Assembly: GCA_028282585.1 (NCBI GenBank)
Contig: JANQHR010000116.1
Span: 1 to 45,287 of the forward strand
Length of the DNA stretch: 45,287 bases
Direction of reading: 5' to 3'
Source: Bacteroidales bacterium
Lineage (GTDB): Bacteria; Bacteroidota; Bacteroidia; Bacteroidales; UBA12077
The notes beneath the pieces were generated by a model that ran no database searches, was not told where the DNA came from, and saw only the letters and a program-made list of their open reading frames with translations. Below, piece by piece: positions 10,258-19,025 of this stretch; the first letter of the stretch is position 1; the number at the start of each line of letters is the position of its first letter. A program made the translations under genes and the position numbers.

Positions 10258-12414
10258 ATGAAAACTTATCAAACTGATAAAATCAGGAATATCGCTTTGA
10301 TTGGTAATGGGGGGTCTGGTAAGACCTCAATTGCGGAAGCGATGCTTTTTGAAGGTGGTGTTATTGATAGGAAAGGTACAGTAAACGGAAAGAATACTGC
10401 ATCTGACTATAATGAAATTGAACATGAAAATTTAAATTCAGTTTTTTCAACTGTATTATACACAGAATTTAACGACCATAAGATAAATATAATAGACACT
10501 CCAGGTGCGGATGATTTTATCGGTAGTGTTATTTCATCGTTTAGTGCAGCAGACCTTGCATTAATGGCCATTAATGCCCAGCAAGGTGTTGAAGTTGGTA
10601 CTGAAATTCTAAGCAGACATTGCGATACATATAGCAAACCTTTAATGTTTGTAATGAATAAATTGGATCATGAAAATGCAAATTTCGAAAAAGCGCTGGA
10701 ATCCTTAAAAGCATCTTTTGGAAATAAAGTTGTTGTTGTTCAGTATCCTGTCGCAAATGGTCCTGATTTTAATGCGATCATTGATGTGCTTTTAATGAAA
10801 ATGTACAAATTCAAGGAAAATGGTGAAAGAGAGATTTTAGAAATTCCTGCAGATCAAAAAGATACTGCAGAAGAATTACATAATGCATTAATTGAAGCTG
10901 CGGCTGAAAATGATGAGCAATTAATGGAGCTTTTCTTCGAAAAAGGATCATTGGATGAAAATGAAATGAGAAAAGGAATCACGGCAGGTTTAATTTCCAG
11001 AGGTATGTTCCCTGTTTTTTGTATTTCGGCTGAAAAGAGTTTTGGTATTAAGAGGATTTTAGAATTTATTACTAATGTTGCTCCTACTCCAGATGTAATG
11101 CCAGCGCCTGAAACTGAGGATGGAAAAGCAATTGAATGCAAAGAAAGCGATCCAACTTCATTATTTGTATTTAAAACTGCGAACGAATCTCATATTGGAG
11201 AAATTAACTATTTTAAAGTTACTTCAGGTGCAGTATCTGAAGGGATGGATTTAAATAATAACAATACCAATACTAAGGAGAGATTATCTCAATTATATGC
11301 TGTTGCAGGTAAAAACAGAACAAAAGTTTCTAAACTTGTAGCTGGTGATATTGGAGCGGCAGTTAAATTAAAAAATACAAAAACTAATCACTCTTTAACT
11401 GACCCAAAAACTTCATTTAAATTTCCTGCAATAAACTTCCCTGAAGCAAAACATAGAACCGCAATTAAAGCTATTAATGAATCTGATGATGAGAAATTAG
11501 GAGAAGCTTTAACCAGATTGCAAGAAATTGATCCAACCGTATCGGTTGAGTATTCAAAAGAATTGAAACAAATTATTCTTTCTGGTCAAGGAGAGTATCA
11601 TCTAAATAATATTGTTAAATGGCATTTGGATAATGTATATAAAATTGAATCTGAATTTTATGCTCCAAAAATTCCTTATAGAGAAACTATTACAAAAGTA
11701 GCTGGTGCTGATTACCGTCATAAGAAACAATCAGGTGGTTCTGGTCAGTTTGGAGAAGTACATATGGTAATTGAGCCTTATAAAGAAGGAATGCCCGATC
11801 CTGTTTCTTATAAAATAGATGGTAAAGAAGTTAAAGTTAATGTAAGAAATAAAGAAGAGCACCCACTTCCATGGGGAGGAATGCTGGTATATTATAATTG
11901 TATTGTTGGCGGGGCAATTGATGCTAGATTCTTACCTGCTATTTTAAAAGGTATTATGGAAAAAATGGAAGAAGGACCATTAACAGGTTCGTATGCCCGC
12001 GATATTAAAGTGGCCATTTATGATGGTAAAATGCACCCGGTTGATTCAAATGAAATTTCGTTTAAACTAGCAGGACGTAATGCATTTAGAGCAGCATTTA
12101 AAAACGCTGGTCCGAAAATTATGGAACCTATTTATGATGTTGAAGTATTAGTTCCATCTGATAGAATGGGTGATGTAATGAGTGATTTACAAGGAAGAAG
12201 AGCTATGATTGAAGGTATGAATAGCGATAAAGGTTTTGAGAAACTAAACGCTAAAGTACCTTTAGCAGAACTTAATAAATACTCGACTGCGTTGAGTTCA
12301 TTAACTGGAGGTAGAGCAACTTACTCAATGAAGTTTTCAAAATATGAACAAGTTCCAATGGATGTTCAAGAAAAGTTAATGAAAGCTTTCGAAGAAGAAG
12401 AGGCAGAAGATTAA
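10258..12414 (+). CDS. fusA2: Elongation factor G paralog EF-G2 (Bacteroidota type)
   Basis: 718 aa with EF-G architecture; divergent G1 GNGGSGKTS; G3 DTPGADDF lacks the catalytic His; domain IV insertion; KKQSGGSGQFG; HPVDSNE. Confidence 0.93.
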   Translation: MKTYQTDKIRNIALIGNGGSGKTSIAEAMLFEGGVIDRKGTVNGKNTASDYNEIEHENLNSVFSTVLYTEFNDHKINIIDTPGADDFIGSVISSFSAADLALMAINAQQGVEVGTEILSRHCDTYSKPLMFVMNKLDHENANFEKALESLKASFGNKVVVVQYPVANGPDFNAIIDVLLMKMYKFKENGEREILEIPADQKDTAEELHNALIEAAAENDEQLMELFFEKGSLDENEMRKGITAGLISRGMFPVFCISAEKSFGIKRILEFITNVAPTPDVMPAPETEDGKAIECKESDPTSLFVFKTANESHIGEINYFKVTSGAVSEGMDLNNNNTNTKERLSQLYAVAGKNRTKVSKLVAGDIGAAVKLKNTKTNHSLTDPKTSFKFPAINFPEAKHRTAIKAINESDDEKLGEALTRLQEIDPTVSVEYSKELKQIILSGQGEYHLNNIVKWHLDNVYKIESEFYAPKIPYRETITKVAGADYRHKKQSGGSGQFGEVHMVIEPYKEGMPDPVSYKIDGKEVKVNVRNKEEHPLPWGGMLVYYNCIVGGAIDARFLPAILKGIMEKMEEGPLTGSYARDIKVAIYDGKMHPVDSNEISFKLAGRNAFRAAFKNAGPKIMEPIYDVEVLVPSDRMGDVMSDLQGRRAMIEGMNSDKGFEKLNAKVPLAELNKYSTALSSLTGGRATYSMKFSKYEQVPMDVQEKLMKAFEEEEAED

Positions 12415-12433
12415 TATTTTATCACATACATAG

Positions 12434-12466
12434 AAAAAAGCTTGATCAAATTGATCAAGCTTTTTT
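12434..12466. terminator. Bidirectional intrinsic terminator between convergent genes
   Basis: Perfect 16-bp inverted repeat AAAAAAGCTTGATCAA-A-TTGATCAAGCTTTTTT. Confidence 0.85.
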
Positions 12467-12487
12467 AATATAATCGTTTTTACATAT

Positions 12488-13918
12488 TTAACGGTATAAC
12501 CTTATTAATCCAAAACTTGAACCTGAACTTCCCCCTGACTCAGACCCCTCTCCGCCTGCTCCTTCATCCTGTGTAGTGTTTTTGCCCCAGTTATTGTTGT
12601 TGTAATCAACATTATCCCAACCTGTTATTTCTACTACAAAGAAATAATTTCCTGCTGCAGCCTCGCGATTACTATTTTTAATTTTACCATCCCAGCCTTC
12701 CCAATCGCGTATATCGCCTTCATACTCATGTACAAGCTGCCCTGCCCGGGTAAATATCACAATTTTAAAATCCCGAATTGATTTATATCCTTCTTTAACT
12801 ATGAAAATATCATTAATATTATCACCATTTGGTGTAAAAACATTTGGAAATTCAACTTCTGAAGGTTCAACTTTTATATTTAAGAATATTGAATCGACAC
12901 ACCCAAATTCACTCTCGCTATACATTCTCAAAACATAGGTTTTTCCCGAATCAGCAGCACTAAAATAATATGTGTGTTCTGGCTCCAATAAATAATCATT
13001 TGTAAAAACTGTATCGACATCGTTATTCCATAAGGTGTCACCAAAAAACCAGATATAACTTTCACCATTTAAGGATTCATTTGAAAATCGCACCTTTAAG
13101 GGAGCTGATCCGCTTATTTCAGCATCACTATTTCCTGTACTTATAATTTCATTTGTTTTATCGTCAATGGTTGTCCACGAAAAGTCAGCATCAGTCTCGA
13201 TTGCCATATATGCTGTGTCATCTTCTGTTGTGCATCCAAACCTGTCGGTAACAAGAACCGAAAAGGTAGTATTTTCTGTGGGTAACTCCGAATCATTATC
13301 CGTAGGGTCCTCGCCAATACTTGTAAATGGACCATTATAACTCCTAAAGTTATCCATGCTCGGAGATGCAGCCCATTCATAAGTATTTATTTTATTTCTT
13401 AAGGTATACGATTCTTTAGTATCCGGATCATAATAAATAAATGGAGTATCAAAAAAAGTTGTTGTATGATAATAAGGATCGGTTAATAAAGCCAAATAGT
13501 CACAATCATTTTCTTCATGAAATTGAATTTCAACTGTTAACTCATTATTAATATATATCCATGCTATATATTCCTGTATACTTGATCCATCGTTTAATAT
13601 TACTTTATAGCCACCAATTGATAAGCCTGTTGCAGTTGAACTTGTTGAGTTATTATTAATCGTAAAACTGCTTATACTATCTGTAAAGTCTTGTGTTGTT
13701 TCGTTGTACTTGAACCATGTGTAATTAAATCCGCCAGATTCAGTTGAATCACTGGCTGTTAATATCCCAGAACTTACCTGATCACCACAAAAAACAAAGA
13801 TCATATTGCTATCTGAATATTCTGTTGCTTCCGAAAATGCAGAAGGAGAAGAAATTTGAGCAAATCCATCTATCCCAATTGCCAGCAGCAATAAAAAACT
13901 TAAATATCTTAAATCCAT
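12488..13918 (-). CDS. T9SS type-B CTD (gliding motility-associated C-terminal domain) protein with a PKD-like domain
   Basis: Signal peptide; SAPLKVRFSNES...WFFGD PKD-like segment; C-terminal FPNVFTPNGDNINDIF...IFTRAG...WDG...GNYFF...IRLYR. Confidence 0.88.
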   Translation of the reverse strand: MDLRYLSFLLLLAIGIDGFAQISSPSAFSEATEYSDSNMIFVFCGDQVSSGILTASDSTESGGFNYTWFKYNETTQDFTDSISSFTINNNSTSSTATGLSIGGYKVILNDGSSIQEYIAWIYINNELTVEIQFHEENDCDYLALLTDPYYHTTTFFDTPFIYYDPDTKESYTLRNKINTYEWAASPSMDNFRSYNGPFTSIGEDPTDNDSELPTENTTFSVLVTDRFGCTTEDDTAYMAIETDADFSWTTIDDKTNEIISTGNSDAEISGSAPLKVRFSNESLNGESYIWFFGDTLWNNDVDTVFTNDYLLEPEHTYYFSAADSGKTYVLRMYSESEFGCVDSIFLNIKVEPSEVEFPNVFTPNGDNINDIFIVKEGYKSIRDFKIVIFTRAGQLVHEYEGDIRDWEGWDGKIKNSNREAAAGNYFFVVEITGWDNVDYNNNNWGKNTTQDEGAGGEGSESGGSSGSSFGLIRLYR

Positions 13919-14209
13919 TGCATAATAAAATTTTCCGAACGTTTATGGAAACTACAATAATAACAATTATCGTCCAATTAAATTGTATTGAACCAAATGT
14001 TTTTTATAGCCCGGTGTTTCGAAATTTGAAATTCTTTTTAAGAAAACACCTTTTGATTTTAACAAATTAATGGATTTTTGGATAAAAATAATTTAATGGA
14101 ATGGCCCTTCGAATTTTACCTTTATTTAGGTATCCGGGCTTATAATGTCTTCTTATTAGTTATATTATAAATGTGTAATTAATCGCAACTGTACTTAATT
14201 CAATTACTT

Positions 14210-14563
14210 TTAGTTGTTTCTGAGCTTTTCGTTTATCAGGTTTTCGATTTCTTCCAGTTTGCCTAAAGGCACAGAATTTAAGGTTTTGGTAATGTCAATT
14301 ACTTTGTTGGATTTTTTTATATTATTTATTGGATGTTCATGGTCGATGTTGTGTTTACTTTCCGGAATCCATTCCATTAAATCGTTTGGTGTACAACGAA
14401 GTAGTATACATAAACGTTCCATTGATTCCAGATTTAGGCGGTTTATCCTGTTGTTTTTTACTCTTGTTGCAAAATTATCTGAAAAACCTGCTTTTTTTAG
14501 ATAAGTAAATGGTCTTTGAATGCCCCTGGCTTTCATTATCCGATCGAAATTATACTTTAACAT
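14210..14563 (-). CDS. Cro/C1-type (HTH_26/XRE) transcriptional regulator
   Basis: 117 aa; LNLESMERLCILLRCTPNDLMEW is the typical end of a Cro/C1 HTH; extra helical C-terminal extension. Confidence 0.82.
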   Translation of the reverse strand: MLKYNFDRIMKARGIQRPFTYLKKAGFSDNFATRVKNNRINRLNLESMERLCILLRCTPNDLMEWIPESKHNIDHEHPINNIKKSNKVIDITKTLNSVPLGKLEEIENLINEKLRNN

Positions 14564-14603
14564 AAAATACGTTTTATTTTCGTGATTTGATTATAAATAT
14601 AAA

Positions 14604-14792
14604 TAATTACTCGTTTATATTGAATATTTTATCTTGTATTTTGCATCTTTTATCGTTCTTTTTATATTTAATTATGTTCCTTATTAATTGCTTTACTTGC
14701 TTTTAGTGTTTATTATCTTCCTTTTTACTTTATTCATCTTTCTTTTTATATTTTTTGTCGTGCTTTTATAGTTTTTTGTCGTGCTTTTTGAA
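14604..14792. repeat. Degenerate tandem array of ~9 units of 21 bp upstream of the HTH gene
   Basis: Units start at 14604, 14625, 14646, 14667, 14688, 14709, 14730, 14751, 14772; rough consensus TTTTTT-RTCKTKC-TTTT-N4; last two units share TTTTTTGTCGTGCTTTT. Confidence 0.75.
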
Positions 14793-15228
14793 ACTTTTTA
14801 GAAGTTTATTACTTATTTATTCCTGATCTGAGACTTTAGTGTTTTTGTATTGCTGAAAAAACGTTAACTAATAAATTTAAAATAAAAATGTGTATAAATA
14901 CTTTTTATCTATCTTGGTTCGGCAAATAATAGGGTATATTTTTACAGGCTTAACCTGAAAAATTCTTTGAGTTTTTCACCGATGGGCTGGTATTTTATAA
15001 AATTATACAGTACAGATATTTGTATGCGATAACTAATTTGGTTTTAGAAAGACTTTATCCCAAATTTGAATTATGAAAGATTTTATAAAAGTCAGGGTTG
15101 ATCTCCAACGGATCTTATATGACTGTTGGAATCATCAGACACACAACCTTTGGTTGTTTTGATTATTCATATGAATTTATGAATAATAGAGATTAATTTT
15201 TAGGTAACTGTAAAGGATATTAAATAAA

Positions 15229-17544
15229 GTGTACGATTATTTAAAAGATTTAAACGAGGTTCAGAAAGAAGCTGTAATAAACTACCAGGGAGCATCTTTG
15301 GTAATTGCGGGAGCAGGATCGGGAAAGACAAGGGTACTTACTTACAGAATAACGCATTTACTTGCTAACGCTGTTCCTGCGTATAAAATTCTTGCTCTAA
15401 CTTTTACGAATAAAGCAGCCGCCGAAATGAAGTCGCGTATTGCTAAAATGGTAGGTAATGATGTTGCGCGTTTTCTATGGATGGGTACATTCCATTCTAT
15501 ATTTGCCCGTATTTTGAGAACAGAAGCTGAACATCTGGGCTACACTTCGAATTATACTATTTATGACACGATCGATTCTAAGAATCTAGTAAAAAAGATT
15601 ATCAAGGAATTAGGTTTAGATGACAAAACATATAAACCCGGAGAAATCTATGGCCGTATTTCCAGTGCCAAAAATAATCTGATAAGTGCTAAAGCATATG
15701 CAAGTAATCAGCAAGTAATCGTTCAAGATCAGAAAAGCAAGCGTCCGCGAACAGCAGAAATCTACATGATTTACGCTAACAGGTGTAAAAAAGCGGATGC
15801 AATGGACTTTGACGATCTACTTTTAAATACAAACATTCTATTTCGCGATTTCCCTGATGTGTTGGAAAAATACCAGGATAAATTTCAATTCATTTTAGTT
15901 GATGAGTACCAGGATACAAATTTCTCACAATATCTTATTATAAATAAGTTAAGTGCAAAAAATAAAAATATTTGCGTAGTTGGTGATGATGCTCAAAGTA
16001 TTTATGCTTTTCGTGGAGCTAAAATTGAAAATATCCTGAATTTCAGAAATGATTACCCGGGATATCAATTGTATAAACTAGAACAGAACTACCGATCAAC
16101 CAAAACTATTGTTGAGGCGGCAAATAGTTTAATTAAAAAGAATAAAGAACAAATTCCTAAAAAAGTATATTCTCAGAATGAAATTGGCGAGAAAATCAAA
16201 GTAATAGAAGCTGAAACCGATAAGGATGAGGCTTACTCGGTAGCCAGAGTAATCGAGGACACTGCTATAGATCGTGGATATGATTATAAAGATTTTGCCA
16301 TTTTATACAGAACCAACGCTCAATCAAGAAGTTTTGAGGAAGCTTTGCGTAGATTTAATATACCATATAAAGTATTTGGAAGTATTTCTTTTTACCAAAG
16401 AAAAGAAATAAAAGATTTATTAGCATACTTCCGATTAGCTGTAAATCAGAAGGATGACGAAGCCTTATTACGTATTATTAATTATCCCACCAGGGGAATT
16501 GGAAACACAACCATTTCTAAAATAGAAACTTACTCAAATAACCAAAACCTGAATATTTGGGAGACTCTTCTAAAAATAGATAAAATACAAATTGGTTTAA
16601 ATACCGGTACTATTAATAAATTAACCAAGTTTAGAAATTTGATTCAGGGTTTTGTGGAAGACATAAAGAGTTTGGATGCATATGATGCTGCTATGGAGAT
16701 GGCTAAAGAATCAGGTATTTTAAATGAACTCAACAATCCTGAATCGCATGAAGATCAAACCAAATTTGAAAATATTGAGGAGTTACTAAACGGGATAAAA
16801 GAATTTGTTGATGAAAATGATGATCCTGATTTTTTCCCTTCTTTGGATAAGTTTATGGAGAATGTTGCTTTATTAACTAATCAGGACAATGAAAAAGATG
16901 AAGATTTTAATAAAGTAACCATCATGACTATTCACTCTGCTAAGGGTTTGGAATTTAAATATGTTTTTCTTGCTGGTTTGGAGGAGGAACTATTTCCATC
17001 GGCAATGGCTTCTGGTACTCAAAAAGAATTGGAGGAAGAAAGAAGGTTATTTTATGTGGCTTTAACAAGAGCTGAAGAATCTGCCATGATTTCTTTTGCA
17101 AAAGAAAGATATAAATGGGGAGTTCCAACATCATGCCGTCCGAGCAGATTTATTAAAGAAGTTGATGAGCAATATTTAGATTTACCTGATTCATTCTACG
17201 ACCAACCAACCACACCATTTGGCGATAAGCTTTTTGAAGACTCATCGAAACCTCGATTTGAAAGAAAAAAACCGGGCATAAATGCTACCATACCACAGGT
17301 AAATAAAAAGTTAGTTAAGTTAAGTGAAGCAAATGGAAAATCAAGTAATTCAAATGTTGATTTTAAACCTGATGATCCTTCCTTAATTGAAGAAGGTATG
17401 ATCGTTCGTCATGCAAAATTCGGATTAGGGGAAATAATAATAATAGAAGGATCAGAACCAAATAAAAAAGCAAAGGTTAATTTCGAAGTAGTTGGAGAAA
17501 AACAACTTCTTCTGAAGTTCGCCAAATTACAGATCGTGAATTGA
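15229..17544 (+). CDS. pcrA: ATP-dependent DNA helicase UvrD/PcrA
   Basis: GTG start; AGAGSGKT, DEYQD, GDDAQSIY, LEQNYRS, TIHSAKGLEF, EERRLFYVALTRA; C-terminal Tudor-like VRHAKFGLG. Confidence 0.95.
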   Translation: MYDYLKDLNEVQKEAVINYQGASLVIAGAGSGKTRVLTYRITHLLANAVPAYKILALTFTNKAAAEMKSRIAKMVGNDVARFLWMGTFHSIFARILRTEAEHLGYTSNYTIYDTIDSKNLVKKIIKELGLDDKTYKPGEIYGRISSAKNNLISAKAYASNQQVIVQDQKSKRPRTAEIYMIYANRCKKADAMDFDDLLLNTNILFRDFPDVLEKYQDKFQFILVDEYQDTNFSQYLIINKLSAKNKNICVVGDDAQSIYAFRGAKIENILNFRNDYPGYQLYKLEQNYRSTKTIVEAANSLIKKNKEQIPKKVYSQNEIGEKIKVIEAETDKDEAYSVARVIEDTAIDRGYDYKDFAILYRTNAQSRSFEEALRRFNIPYKVFGSISFYQRKEIKDLLAYFRLAVNQKDDEALLRIINYPTRGIGNTTISKIETYSNNQNLNIWETLLKIDKIQIGLNTGTINKLTKFRNLIQGFVEDIKSLDAYDAAMEMAKESGILNELNNPESHEDQTKFENIEELLNGIKEFVDENDDPDFFPSLDKFMENVALLTNQDNEKDEDFNKVTIMTIHSAKGLEFKYVFLAGLEEELFPSAMASGTQKELEEERRLFYVALTRAEESAMISFAKERYKWGVPTSCRPSRFIKEVDEQYLDLPDSFYDQPTTPFGDKLFEDSSKPRFERKKPGINATIPQVNKKLVKLSEANGKSSNSNVDFKPDDPSLIEEGMIVRHAKFGLGEIIIIEGSEPNKKAKVNFEVVGEKQLLLKFAKLQIVN

Positions 17545-17621
17545 TTTTGATCTAATACAATTTTAATAAGCAACATTTTAAATTTGGTTATTTTTTTTAT
17601 TTATAAGAAAGAATATTGAAA

Positions 17622-17638
17622 TGCCTGCCTGATCAGGT
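17622..17638. repeat. REP-like GC-rich short palindrome
   Basis: TGCCTGCCTGATCAGGT; inverted near-copy at 18926-18944 (reverse complement TGCCTGCCTGAAATCAGGT). Confidence 0.55.
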
Positions 17639-17786
17639 GATAGGTTGGGAAATAGATTTTATTTGAATTACTTTAAGTCGTTGGTTTAAAATATTTATAT
17701 GCATATAAAAGTATAATAGAAACAAATCTACACCTCAATTTAATAGTTACTTTATACTTAATTATGAATAGCTTAATACACTTTCC

Positions 17787-17961
17787 CTTTTTTGGCTTGA
17801 TCCAAAAAAAGTTTCAAAAAAAATCAAGACAAAACGATGCTTCTTCGCTCTTTGCGATAAGCAAATAATTCCAGACAAAGTAAGCAAGCTCCTTCGTCGG
17901 AATTCTAAAGCTTATTACATCCACCCTACCCCACAGCTCGCCGTTTTGTCTGACCCACGCT
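17787..17961. ncRNA. Highly structured non-coding element (candidate ncRNA or non-autonomous repeat) with H-type pseudoknot
   Basis: TTTTTTGG(17788-95)/CCAAAAAA(17802-09) with loop CTTGAT pairing ATCAAG(17823-28); GACAAAACG(17828-36)/CGTTTTGTC(17942-50); nested ATAAGC/GCTTAT, AATTCC/GGAATT, GACAAAG/CTTCGTC; GC-richer than flanks; no long ORF. Confidence 0.65.
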
Positions 17962-18127
17962 TAATAATCCACATCTGAAAACTTCTTGCTTATTACTTAT
18001 CATAGTAGAAGTATAATGCAAACCTTTAGAAATTAATCTTCTATTAATTCATATCTTCAATTGTATCTATTATAAAGTCATTTGTTTACTTAAATTTTCA
18101 AGCTGTAGTATATTATCTTTTTAAATC

Positions 18128-18159
18128 TTTGATTGCTAAATCAAAATAGACTATTTTTG
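18128..18159 (+). promoter_or_regulatory. Housekeeping-sigma promoter for DUF4290-murA
   Basis: TTTG (18128-31), 20-nt spacer, TATTTTTG (18152-59), ending 21 nt before the ATG. Confidence 0.75.
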
Positions 18160-18180
18160 CACAAAATCACAATGTAAATT

Positions 18181-18771
18181 ATGGAATATAATACAAGCAG
18201 AAAAAAACTCGTATTACCTGAGTATGGAAGAAATATCCAAAAAATGGTTGAACTAACGAAGGCTGAGCCGGATAAAGAAAAAAGAAACAAAATGGCTCAA
18301 GCAATTATTGCGATTATGGGTAATATGAATCCTCACCTTAGAGATATTGCTGACTTTAAACACAAATTATGGGATCACCTTGCAATTATTTCTGAATTTA
18401 ATCTGGATATTGATTCTCCATATGATCCTCCTGTAATTGAAACCTTACAAGAAAAACCAGAATCTGTTCCTTACAATAATAAAGATGCCAAGTTTAAGCA
18501 TTATGGGCAAACCATTGAAAAAATGGTTAAGGTTGCTATTGATATGGAAGATGGCGAATTAAAGGAAATTTTAATTCAGCTGATAGCTAATCACATGAAA
18601 AAAAGCTATTTAACCTGGAACAAGGAAGCTGTAGCAGATGAACTTATTTTTAAAGATTTAAAGGTTTTATCTGGAGGTAAAATTGATTTAAATATCGAGG
18701 AAACAACCTTAACTGAAACCAAAGATATTCTTGCTAAAAATAAACGAAGAAGGATCCAGAGAAAGAAATAA
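18181..18771 (+). CDS. DUF4290 domain protein
   Basis: MEYNTSRKKLVLPEYGRNIQKMV...HKLWDHL; the usual Bacteroidota neighbour of murA. Confidence 0.88.
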   Translation: MEYNTSRKKLVLPEYGRNIQKMVELTKAEPDKEKRNKMAQAIIAIMGNMNPHLRDIADFKHKLWDHLAIISEFNLDIDSPYDPPVIETLQEKPESVPYNNKDAKFKHYGQTIEKMVKVAIDMEDGELKEILIQLIANHMKKSYLTWNKEAVADELIFKDLKVLSGGKIDLNIEETTLTETKDILAKNKRRRIQRKK

Positions 18772-18844
18772 CATCTTATACTTAAATATTCACTGCAAAA
18801 TTGTAATTTAAATTTTAATCTAAGAGGTTTCAAGAAAATTATAA

Positions 18845-18946
18845 AGGAATAATGGATTGTTGGAAATTTTAAAAATCAATTTTATTGTTTTGTCTCTTTT
18901 AAGATATTTTTCACTATTCCATCTAACCTGATTTCAGGCAGGCAAT
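18845..18946. repeat. Octamer-array inverted element with REP-like palindrome
   Basis: GGAATAAT/GGATTGTT/GGAAATTT, then opposite-orientation CACTATTC/CATCTAAC and CCTGATTTCAGGCAGGC. Confidence 0.5.
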
Positions 18947-19025
18947 ATTTAAGGACCTAAAGTATTAATTAAGGTTGCCTGGTTTATACAAGATGAATTT
19001 TAAACTAAATTAAAACTTATATTAT

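Noticed and set aside
13744-14070. 108-aa + strand ORF
   Set aside because: Overlaps the start of the T9SS gene in antisense, has a non-ATG start and no protein-like features.
14604-14792. 21-bp array read as a CRISPR array or an intact coding repeat
   Set aside because: No repeat-spacer alternation, no cas genes, and stops in all three minus-strand frames.
17787-17961. Structured element as tRNA, tmRNA, 6S, SRP RNA or a known riboswitch
   Set aside because: No cloverleaf, T-loop, tag ORF or aptamer consensus that I can recognise; left unassigned pending an Rfam search.
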